Source: Folioceros fuciformis
Lineage: Eukaryota
DNA: 64,000 bases
Direction: 5' to 3'
Assembly (NCBI GenBank): GCA_049999805.1
Contig: JBNGIO010005225.1
Span: forward strand, 1-64,000
The translations under genes were made by a program, and so were the position numbers. Shown piece by piece: positions 24,101-34,372 of this stretch (its first letter is position 1; each line of letters opens with the position of its first letter). A model generated the notes under the pieces. It saw only the letters and a program-made list of their open reading frames with translations. It did no database searches and was not told the origin of the DNA.

Positions 24101-24452
24101 ATTTTCTTTAGTTAGGACAATGCCTGTACTGCGTGGTGCTTCAGTTTGGCACTCTCTCTTGAGTGCTTGCAGCAAGTGGAGCAATGTGGAGATGGGACGC
24201 CATGCTTTCGATGAAGCGGTGGCGCTAGACAAGAAGGATGCAGCAGCATATGCCATGATGTCAAATATATACAGAGGTGCCAAGATGTGGGAGCAAGCCC
24301 AGGAAATGCAGGCGAGGAGAATACAAATGAGGGCATGGAAGCAGCCTGGCCAGAGCTGGTGGACAGACATAGGAGGAGTAGTGCATTGTTTTTTTGTTGG
24401 AGACAAATTTGCATCCTACCAGTTAAGCAATTCTGAATCAAAGCTTCTGTAA
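21126..24452 (+). CDS. PLS-class PPR protein (organellar RNA editing factor type) ending P2-L2-S2-E1-E2 plus PG box; DYW domain truncated; single exon
   Basis: Repeated P-L-S triplets with a 312-bp period (VTWNAMIAGY / VTFVSLLQAC / SSLVNMYAKCG), then HYACMVDLLGRAG, WHSLLSAC and WKQPGQSWWTDIGGVVHCFFVGD, then a stop. No HxE/CxxC deaminase motifs. Confidence 0.95.
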   Translation: MVGWRRVFQLRGSRVAKTVSGSTLQQKKNSWWHRDFQEVRWLDNSDRPAPVYEAQVRAPDLHLGGADSDFCWPAGWEGGVMAEITARLCQQGQVTEAVEALGVLVYMDCYVSISLFYAVLKECEAKKDLALGRLVHALTVKKGYESDTFLCNHILRMYASHAKLQEALDVFLMVATPDAFTWSAIISAHVKHGQDKEAVQLYYRMRRSSTKPDGHVFVAALQACAKGADLKSGQQVHADLLASGVERNLFVSTCLVDMYAKCGSLEESRRVFDGLDRKNVVTWNAMIAGYSQQGMGQEALRLYRAMQGEGLAVFDSVTFVSLLQACASVGIPALEMGKELHAQIGEQGLELDVFVASSLVNMYAKCGRLEDARTVFDRVANKHVETWNAMITGYSKEGEVESALHLYRAMREEGMVTPSSVTFVCLLQACANVGARALENGKQLHAELKGYGLHLDVLVANSLVNMYAKCGSLEDAYGVFHGLTQKDVVTWNAMIAGYAQHEMGQQALCVYDAMQEEAIVAPDAVTFVCLLQACACLGPSALDKGKQIHTRINEQGLEADIFVGSSLVGMYAKCESLQDARTIFDGLRRKDAVTWSAMIAGYSQQNMGQEALRLYCAMQEEGIAAPDSVMFVSLLQACASVGTLALEKGKQIHAQTREQGLEADVFVANSLVSMYSKCGSVEDARGVFEGVLQKDLVTWNAMIAGYSQQAMGQEALCLYRAMQERGLVVSDSLTLVFLLQACASLGTLGLDRGEQLHAQIRELGFESDVFVASSVINMYVKCGSLKNARIVFDELHDKNVVTWSAMIAGYSQQGMGPEALSLYKAMQEEGLVAPNSVTFVSLLQACAGMAALQVGRQLHAQIKEKELEGDMLVAGGLINMYGKCGSMLDAQLVFEALPERDAVIWNALIAGYTRQGDSEDVFHLVLKMRQDGIQPDDVTFLSVLTVCSHTGLVNKGREYFEAMPAHHGITPRTDHYACMVDLLGRAGHLDEAFSLVRTMPVLRGASVWHSLLSACSKWSNVEMGRHAFDEAVALDKKDAAAYAMMSNIYRGAKMWEQAQEMQARRIQMRAWKQPGQSWWTDIGGVVHCFFVGDKFASYQLSNSESKLL

Positions 24453-24835
24453 CGACCCACAGCGCTCACGCGTGATTTGGCTGCTCTGGGATACGCGTAG
24501 GTCATGGTGACCCTACATTTCCCTCAAGGCCATTTAGGCCCGTGTGTGCTGGTTGCTGCACACAACCTCCAATTCTTCTGATCGTCTTAGCAGTCTGAAA
24601 CAGGATGACTCACTTAGGTCAAAAAATATGTACCATATACATACACCTAATATTATGAAATATTTGTATGCTCGATCACAAAACAGTATCTAATAGGAAG
24701 AAACGAAAGAGGAAGATCCGGTGAATCCCATAGCTGTATACAGTATATATGCAGACTATCCGGAGTCCGCGTTTTCATAGAAGCTGCCGCTTTCCGTTCT
24801 ACCTCTGCCCTTCCGGAGGTTGAGAGCGGAACGCC

Positions 24836-25273
24836 ATGCCGAAGGTTCGAACGAGTCGCACGCGGTATCCAGAGGGATGGGAGCTGATCGAGCCGACGCT
24901 GAGGGATCTGGAAGGGAAGATGCGGGAAGCTGAGAATGATTCGCATGATGGGAAGCGGAGGTGCGAGGCGCTGTGGCCAATTTTTAAGATCGCACACCAG
25001 AAGAGCAGATACATCTTCGACTTGTATTACAGGCGATCGGCCATTTCACAGGAGCTGTTCGAGTTTTGTGTGGAGCAAGGCTATGCAGACAAGGGCCTCA
25101 TTGCAAAGTGGAAGAAACCAGGCTACGAGCGCCTTTGCTGTCTGCGCTGCATCCAGCCACGAGACACCAACTTCGGGACGACCTGCGTGTGTCGGGTTCC
25201 CAAGCATTTGAGAGAGGAGAAGGTGATAGAGTGTGTTCACTGCGGGTGTAAAGGATGTGCTAGTGGGGACTGA
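24836..25273 (+). CDS. BUD31: BUD31/G10 spliceosomal protein, single exon
   Basis: [70 protein letters not shown]. Confidence 0.97.
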   Translation: MPKVRTSRTRYPEGWELIEPTLRDLEGKMREAENDSHDGKRRCEALWPIFKIAHQKSRYIFDLYYRRSAISQELFEFCVEQGYADKGLIAKWKKPGYERLCCLRCIQPRDTNFGTTCVCRVPKHLREEKVIECVHCGCKGCASGD

Positions 25274-25815
25274 CTCGTTCAGCATAGGGCGTAGAACTCT
25301 CCTGGCCAAGGGCCGCATGGCACAGGCACGAGGTTTTGTCGTCTTGACCAGGTGCCGTTGACAGGCGGCTTCATGCGCACGTCGGGCAAGGTCAGAAACA
25401 ACGGGACTTAGATTGTAAAAATTCTTCCTCACTTTTGCTAGGTTTGACATCTCAGATGCCTGTATACTAGATGAGCTGAGTGTAGGTTTGGTGAATTCTT
25501 TCCGTGGAAGAGGTGCTGGACACGATGATTTAACTGATTCCAGTCTGCGGTAGATATCGCAGATTCTACCAGTCTCAACACTGTTGAGGTGAGAATGAAG
25601 TATTGCAGATTGATACTCCTTGTGCATGGCAGAAGTGCTGCGTCGTATCCCAGTCTCCCACCTGGATCATTATGTATTGGAAGTCTGGTACGCGATGCCA
25701 CAAACTTGAGCCTGAGGAAGGCTAAACGTTATTGGCTAACCAAGATTTCTGATGGGTGTCAGAACTTCTGTCTCTGCATTGAAGTAGTTTCACGAGATTC
25801 AGTCACACCACTAGG

Positions 25816-28800
25816 TCACGCTAGGGCCTCTGCCATCATATTGAAGTAAGATTGCTGTTGCTCATAGAGGGACAGAAAGATCGCATATTTCGCATCGTGA
25901 TACTTCTTCACTCGTTCATCACGATCAGGCTCCACGATCTAATACACGCAAAGTCCCCCGTCAGTACTGCACCCTTGGCAGAATAGTTCACACGTGGTCC
26001 TGCAAATCTAACTGCACAGAGTAAGGTTCCATACCATGCCGGGGGCATTCATCGCTCGCATTGCCTCATGAACGCTCACATATCGCTTCGCCGCAACAGC
26101 TCCTAGGATGGCAGAACCTAGTAGAACAGACTCGTTTTCCCTTGGCAAGACTACTGGACAACCTGGAAAAACAGGAGGGCAGTACAATTCAGAATCTACG
26201 TTGTACTCCACAAAGAGCAATTGACCTATACAGAAGGAGACAACGCTGTGAGCAACCGTGTAACAGTAGAACTTCTTGGTAGGCATATGATACGGCGTCT
26301 CACCAATTATGTCAGCATGCGACTGCAGAAACAGTTTGTTCTTGGAAAGCCCCCCACAAGCCAGCAGAGTGTTGATCTACAAAGTGCACCATGAACAACA
26401 GATTACTTTGTGCCAGCTTTTCGACCAAGATCAAACCCTTACAGATAAACTGAAGTAAACCTAATAGCACGTCCAAAGGCAATGAGATTACCTGCAATCC
26501 ATGGGAATTACAGTGTTCAACGATTTGACGAGTTCCATATGCGATGCTCTGCACAGCGGCAAGGTAGAGAATTGCAAGATTTGCTTCACTGCCGTCAAGG
26601 TTCAGCCCTGTAATCACGCCCTTAGCTCTTGGATCCGCCTTAGGAGACCTAACATGAGCAGGAGGAACATTATCTCTGGACAGGAAACCAACATATCTGT
26701 AAAGATGGTGATAGCTTGTTGGCCAAAGATCACCTGTTGCCATGAAAATCTGGAAGTACATGCAGATCTCTTGTCAAAGCTGCTAGGAAGGGCACCTCGG
26801 GATTGGAAGCGAGTTTCTCCAGGAGATTGTTGAGCAGCTCAAATATGGATATTTCTGTCATCAACAAGTGCGCATCAGCAGCAAACCCTTACACATCACG
26901 TGAAAGGCATCAACCGACGCACTTCACCCACTTTGCGAAGCTGCACGGTTTGCAAGAGTTGGGGCAGCAACGTGATTATCCACTAGGTAATCTAGAAGAG
27001 CACCCGTTGCACTTTGACCTCCTTCGGTCAACCAAAACTCTGGAACCATTGCTGGAACAAGCCCCAGTGCAGTGGGTTAGATGAGCTACAGTAACACAGT
27101 CTCCAATTCCAAGGGAGGGCAAACGTTCGCTTACCTGACCAATATGGTCCCCACACACCAGGAATGAAGATTTTTTTTTGAGACAGTGCCATATGGCAAG
27201 TGGATGTTCCACACACTAATACCATTCTGTGGCACAGTGCCTCGTTTGGGTCCAGCGCCTCATATTCTGAGATATCTTCCACTGAAGGAGTCTCCACCTC
27301 ATCAGCGAAGCGGACACGCATCTTTCTAGGTTCACTTGGGGCCTTTACCTCATCAGTAGTTTCAGATGTGACATTGGAGTCCTCAGAAGCACTGTCCGCT
27401 GGTTTTGATTCCTGTGGCAGTTCCGCCACTTGAACACGCTGCAAAGGCAGAACTGATCTTTGCAACTGCTGAGCTACTCCAGGAGAGATGCTTTCCATCA
27501 CTCCGACTCCGCCAGCATGGGCATCAATAAGCGCAGTTGCAACAGGGGTCCCTTCGCGTAGACCAAGCTCCTGCACACCCAATGGTGTATGTCAGCACCG
27601 AGGGAATTCTCACAACCTGCCAATGCAGGATGAGACCGATATTCTATGTTCAAGTGGCAACTGAGTAGTTGTTACAGAACAACACCACATGTCATGGTGA
27701 AGTCCAGAACATGTCATCTTGGGTTATCCAATGGTGAAAGTGTTAACCATGAAGTTATCTGCAAGAGAAAGACAACCCGGATGTCACTGGTTACCTGTGA
27801 AGCTAAACGAGTGAGACCAAGACCCAATGGATGACCTGGAAAGGCTAAGTTTCTTCCTGACACACAGAGGAGACAGATTGACACGGTTATAATCTTCCTG
27901 TTTCCATAAATTCAACAAGAAAGAGCTGTTATGCATCCATCATCTGCAGAAAGCTACCTATTTTTGTGTAACGACCATCAACAAGTTCACCAAGTCCTAC
28001 TTCTTGCCAGAAAACGTCATCCCAACCACACGCTTGCATAGCTGCAGAGTCTTCACTATCCATCTGCTCTAAGTGTGCATGCCCCATGTAGGTCCACTTG
28101 CAAACAGCTGTGCACAAGCTCCGAGTGTCATCCCCTGTGGCCCTGAAGAGTGCAAGAATTAGTGACTCCCAAACTTTCGCCAAACGCAATGGCTGCAGGT
28201 GAAGTGCAATGGGAACGGAGACACATTGAAAGAGGAACCTGTAAGTCAGCCAATCGCTCAGATCCATCCACCGAAAAGCGACAGCCCAGCTCTGTGGCAG
28301 GTTCTCTTTCACCCACAGTAGCTACATGAGCGATGATGGCGGATCAAACCCAAAGCCATGGATACAACAGTGCGGACTTGAAGCAGGAATCCACTCTGAA
28401 GAACAGTTAGAGTTCCCCATCACTGGCCTACCTTTGGCGGCTGCATCTCAGGCGACAAGGCCCCGCCCACAAATTGCAAGACAGGTGAGCGGGTAGCATT
28501 AATGCGCTCCGTCTGCTCTACAGCCCGGTGGTCCATCCAAACAATCACGTTCCGCCTTGCATCTCCACTCCAAGACACGGTGACAGGGGAATCGTCTGCT
28601 CCCAACGCAACTGCAAAAAAGCAGCAGAGCGCACATTCCCAACTGTGGACGCAAAGAGAGCCATAATCAAAGGTAGGTACACTCATCCACAACAACGAGA
28701 CTACGCACCCAGGGAGCAGGTAGCAGCAAAGCCTATGCCTTTGATATCTGCTGCACCCACAGCTGCCTTGCCACACACTCCTCTCACAGCAGCACATATT

Positions 28801-29246
28801 GCATGCCATATGTCCGTGGAGGATTGCTGCACCCAACACCAGTCAGTCAGGCACCCATCACCCTCACACGCCGACAGCCTCAAATCTGCCTGCGTGAGCT
28901 CAGCAGCAACACACCTCAACGCAGTCGCCTTCTTTCCAGATTTGGATAGGACTGCTGGACGTCCCCAGCAGCCTCCCTTCCGCATCAAATACCCCTGCGT
29001 TCACCACACTCTCAGCTCCTTCAACGCATGCTCGTCTTCCGCGCTCTCATAGCCAAAATTGCATCGCAGGCAGGTGTGGAGGCGGAATTGAGAGTGCAAG
29101 CCCGAGCGCGAACCTGCACGCGCGCTGCCAGTACCCACGTCAACGCCCAGGTAGAGCGATCGCAAGACAGCGGGAGCCTGCGCCACAGGGTCTGCAAGAG
29201 AAGAGGATCTGGCGAAGGAGGTAGATCGGGATCTGGAGAGGTCCAT
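25816..29246 (-). CDS. FGGY-family carbohydrate kinase (D-ribulokinase-like), multi-exon
   Basis: [99 protein letters not shown] and [12 protein letters not shown]. Stop TGA at 25816-25818. Confidence 0.92.
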
Positions 29247-29502
29247 GACGCTGGTGCGGAGTCGCTACAGGCCAGGCTCACGCAACCATTTGCTCAACAT
29301 CCGAGCCGAGCCTGCTGCTCCCACGGATCCCCTCCCGTCCCACAGTAAAACGTCTCCTCCAACTTCAGAAAGCTTCCGCTGCCCGCAACTCTAGACCCGA
29401 CTAATCAGCAGCAGCAGGAGTGCGGCGTGGCGCGTGGCGTGGCTGCACTTAGGACGGCGCGTTTCGAAGATACGGGGATGGTGGTCTGAGAGAGACGATG
29501 CC

Positions 29503-31416
29503 ATGGCCGTCTGCGGCCATGCTGCCACTGTTGCCGCCTTGGGCCATCGCAGCTGGGTCGATCCTCGTCGCGGAGGAGCGCTAGAGCTGCGGCTCGTATC
29601 CCAGGTCTGGGGATCCTGTGTGGGTGTTGCAGCAGGGCGGTACCATCCCCTCCTCGCTCCCTCCTGCCGATGGGTCGTCCGCGCCGCCAGGCAGAAGCTA
29701 TGGAAGAACCGGCAGCCGGAAGTGCCGCAGGTAGCGGTGAAGAAGGTTCTGGACGCCGTGCAAAAGGAGGGCGCCAATGTCCAGGAGGTGCTCATGCGCA
29801 AGGGCGCCTTCATCAAGCCGAAGGATTGGTTCTTGGTGCTGGACGCCGTCGGGGAGCAGCGGCGATGGCTTCTGGCTCTCGAGGTGTGTTGGCACGTCAG
29901 GGTGGTGTGTCATGTTGTATGCTTGCTTCCTTCCTGTTTGATATGTCGGGTGATTTTTGTCTCAGTCCTGTTTGCTTGCTTCCATGCTTGACTTGTTGGG
30001 TGATTGTGTTGTTTGTGTGGCACAGATTTTCAGATGGATGCAGCTGCAAAAGTGGTACAAGCCTGATAATGCCTACTACTCAAAGATGATTTCCATCATG
30101 GGCAAGGAGAAGCAGCTGAGGTTGGCAACGTGGCTCTTCGCCGAGATGAAGCGCAAGGGGCTCCGTCCCAGCACGTCTATGTACAACGCCCTCATCGCTG
30201 CACAGGTGAGCGCTCCTTTTCAATTCCAATTCCAGTTGTCGGAATGAGGAGAAGGCGAGTAAAGGGAAAGTTGAATGGTCCTGAGGGTGCAAGGAGTGCG
30301 TGTGTGTGCATGCAGGTGGCCATGACGGACATCCCCGGCAGCCTGGACAAGGCAATGAGTATGTTGCAGACTATGAAGGAGAGGAAGCAGTCGCAGCCAA
30401 GCATCGTGACATACAACACCCTCACCAAGGCCTTCGCTCAGGTGGGAGACGTGGAGCGGGTGAATTCCCTGCTGGCCGAGGCCGAGGCGATGCAGTTGAC
30501 TCCCAACATGTACACATACAACGGGATTATCTCAGCATACGGGAAGCTGGGGCATCTGGAGAGGATGGAGCAGACCTACGAGCTGATGAGGGCCCGGAAG
30601 CTGAAACCGGACAAGGTGACCCTCAACTGCCTCATCCACGCCTACGGCAAGGCCGGGCACTTCGACACAGCGGAGAAGCTGCTGCGGCGGATGATGCAGT
30701 CCAAGCAGGCCCCGGCGGACGTGAAGACATTCAACTCCCTCATCCATGCTTACGGGCAGGCAGGAAAGCTGGAGGAGATGGAGGTGGTGGCGGAGAAGCT
30801 CATCGACACGGGATTGGCCCCGACCTCCTCCACCTTTGAGTGCATGCTGGCGGCCTACTCCAAGGCGGGCGCCTTCCAGAGCGTGCAAGGATGTCTGGAC
30901 GCCATGCGTGCCGCCGACTTGAGGCCGTCCTACTCCGCCTGCCGGTTGGTGCTGGAGGCCATGTGCGAGCGCGGCGAGGCGGACTCGGCCGAAAAGCTTC
31001 TGCGGGATCCGTTGCTGGCTCCGTGGCTGGCGGAGGAGACGCTCTACAACGGCGTCCTCAAGTCCTATGCCGTGGCCGGTCGTAGCGCGGACATCGACCG
31101 CCTGCTGACGAAGATGGAGAAGAGCGGCGTCCGGGTGGAGAGGCCGGTGCTGCTGGACCTGCTGCAGACGTACGCCAAGGAGAGGAATTCCTCTCCGTCC
31201 GCTGGATGCGCAGAAGAGAAACAGCTGGAGGGGGACAGCTCTAAGGCTGGCAGCATGCTCGAGCAGGCTGCCTTAGAGGATTCCTGGTTTTGCGGTGATG
31301 ATAAACCGGAACCAGATCCGGGTGAGATCCCGGGCTTGTCAGGACTCGGATCCGCACCCTCTTCGCATGGCTTGGTAGCAGATGAACCAGATTTGGTTCA
31401 CCATGCTGCATGCTAG
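29503..31416 (+). CDS. PPR5: P-class PPR protein, PPR5/EMB2453-like, 3 exons
   Basis: WLLALE|IFRWMQLQKWYKPDNAYYSKMISIMGKEKQLRLATWLFAEMK..MYNALI is characteristic of plastid PPR5. Further P motifs (IVTYNTL, MYTYNGII, KVTLNCLI, VKTFNSLI). Introns at about 29884-30025 and 30206-30316. Confidence 0.8.
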
Positions 31417-34072
31417 CCGATCTTGCACGAAGTGCAGAGTCCAAGATTCAACGTGTTTACTTCCGGTGCGGATGTCGGTTCCGAGGAAGTTCGCCAGGGC
31501 TCTGAGACTGCGGCGTTACGGAATGTCAGACCCGGCTCCGTGTGACCCGGTAAGCTTGCAAGCACGCATCACACATGTTCCTCTGCGCATTCCCCTGACA
31601 GTAGCCTTTGTCAGATGTATGTTTTCCCGTTCCTCATCTTGCAGTGTTTTACTTGACTCTTACCACGCAGAACCCGCGACTTGTGGCAGGGGAACGCAAA
31701 CTGGAGAGGAGAAGAGATACCATGTGGACGAGCGGTGGAAGGCGACAGACAAGGCGAATGGCAGCCAGGGTGTGCCGTGGTGCGACCAGGGAGCGAGACA
31801 GGCTAGCACACCGAACCATCGACGTCGGTGCGGCTCGGCGTTAGCCGTTCGCGTACACTTTGTCAGACGTGTAGATCCATGTTTCCCAGATATAACTGAT
31901 GAAGCTTGTGCACACACACGCAGTGGCCTGTCGGCGGTGCGTCTCGAGTGAGGCGTGTCCCGTCGCAACAGGATACACTCTTCTCCATCAACCACTGGGC
32001 GTGTCCTGTGTCGTGGCGTGTGCCAGCTATGCCCTAAATTCGGCACAGGGTCACCGATTCCCTGATCGATTCGCCGCTCAATGACCCTGTCCAGTATGCA
32101 CGGAACCGATGAAGAGTCCGGCAGATTCTGATGACTCTTGACCGTCCGGTCTCCTGTGCCTCCTGTGTCCGGCGGGGCCATGTTATTTCCTTCTGCAATC
32201 GGGATGCGAAACAAGACCAAAGTCGAAGCCGCTTGGGAGACCGTGGCCCGCTACCAGCGGTCGCGGCCTCCCAGATGTGCTTAGCCTTGGATCATCGTCG
32301 AATCTCACCGGCGAATAGAATGGCCTGGCCCAACTGCTGGCCTCTCTGTCCCTTTACACTCAATCATCACACCGCTCCACAGCAACGCCGAAACTCACTC
32401 CCAGTCTTTGCTTCCAGCATGGGCAGCGACCGCTCTTGCTCCTGCTACCGCTCTTTCCTCTAAGCGTTCCGTGTATCTCAAACATCGACTCACCCACTCC
32501 ATCGCTCTATACAATACATAGCACTGAATCTGGTCAATCAATCAATGATCAATCAATCACACCACGAAATATGTCCTGTTCTAAGACTTTCCGAGGTGCA
32601 TGTAAGTGTCTAGGTGCACGCAACTGTCCAAAACATTTCATATATTTGTTGAGCACCTCTTTTTGTTGGGCACCTCCATATACAAGGTGCCCACTAAAGC
32701 GATAGGTGAGAAATATTAGTCGTAGTAGGACATGGTCCGTTTTCTTCATGTGGTGGAGTGTTTGAGTCGAATTGAAATCTATAAAACAGATGGTAGGGTC
32801 GATGGTAGGTAAAGGCGTATCAACATGAGTTTTAAGACTACAAGCTTACTTGGTAGGCAAGAGTTCAGCCTCACATACACAGCTCCAAGTGGGTCCATGT
32901 GGGCTGGTAGATTACAAATTTTCGAGCCCATGTTAACGTACCAATGTCTGTGTGGGAAAGCTCTTTGCGTAGGTTGCTAGCTCTTGTGGAGGAGTAGTAC
33001 ACAAGTGCAACAACGTGCTATGTCTTTTGTACCATTGTCTACTTTTTGAGAGGACCCACTCCAACGACTGCTCTGAGGATGTAGAGTCTCTTTCTTGAAC
33101 CGCAACTGCACCCGTCTCTTAATGCCGCCTACTCCTCTCTCAGATCGCGGCCCACTCCGTGTGGCTCCCACATGTGTCGAACCTTTAATGGCAGCCCACT
33201 CCGGAAGGAGCACCACCGTCCCATGGCGGCCGAGTCCCACTCCATAAGTAGGACCGTCCTACTCCATATGTGGTAAACATCAGCTGTATCAACCAAGTCA
33301 TTCCAGTTATAGTAGACTGGAATGATAATATAATGTTAGCTTTACTCTTCATATGTATGAAGTTAAGCTTGCATAATGCCTGTGTACATGAATGAAGAGA
33401 CGGCAACCTGCATACATGACGCGTAATAGACGGCCCGGGTTCACGACGAATGCAAACTCTCCGTCTACTGCGACGGCCGATGACTAGAAATACGTTCTTC
33501 AAGAATACAAAAGCTTCGCTTGTTGAGATGAGACTAAGGGAGAGGAGAGGTGGACGAGGACAACGTAGCGTAGCGTAGTGTAGCTATCTACATTTCTGTT
33601 TGGAACAGGGCGGGCTGGCGGCGATCCTCTCTCGGTGTAGTAGAACCCTCGGGAAAAAGAAGCAGAGCGAGTCCGCTGGAAGCAGGCTGGGGTTCGCGCC
33701 TTACTTACCTCACAATGCCGATTGCAGCGTGGCGCCACTTGTAGATATGTATGTGCAGACTCCGCCTGCTTCGATGGAGCGCGCGCGTACGTACTGCCAG
33801 ATCTGATCAGGCCAAGTCTGATCAGGTCAAGCAAGAGAGTTTAAGGCGGACAGTTAATTCAACAACAGGCAGCGTCTTCTTGAAAATGTAATGTGTCGTA
33901 GGCGCTCCTTCTCCTAGATGTGTCTGCCATTGCAACCAACTTCTTGCCAAGAACTCAGGAGCCAGGTTGCGCAAATGTCCAATCCCCTAGGTTACGATTG
34001 CAGGTGCCAGCGAGTGTTCCTCCACCTGCGATGCACACATGCACTTGCGGTCGAGGATGTTCGCGCTGGTGA

Positions 34073-34127
34073 CGGACATCGCTGTAGAGCACAGCCAAGA
34101 GGACATCGCTGTAGAGCACAGCCAAGA
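34073..34127. repeat. 27-bp direct tandem duplication
   Basis: ggacatcgctgtagagcacagccaaga x2. Confidence 0.85.
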
Positions 34128-34352
34128 GTCTTAAGAGCGTGTAGCATTAGCTGGCTGGCCCTGTGCCAGTGCGGAACAGGCCTGCCACCAGCCTGCATTC
34201 TGCAGACGTTTGCAAGTTCCAAGTACGAGCGCCGAAGCAGGAGTTCATGAGTGCGCCAGTGGCCCTTTCCTAATCAGCTGAGATTGCACGCCATGTGATA
34301 CCGCAATTGTTGTCTGACGCGAGGACACGGGGGGATAACTATGTAGCTGCAA

Positions 34353-34372
34353 TGTGTGTGTGTGTGTGTGTG
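34353..34372. repeat. (TG)n microsatellite
   Basis: About 10 TG units. Confidence 0.9.
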
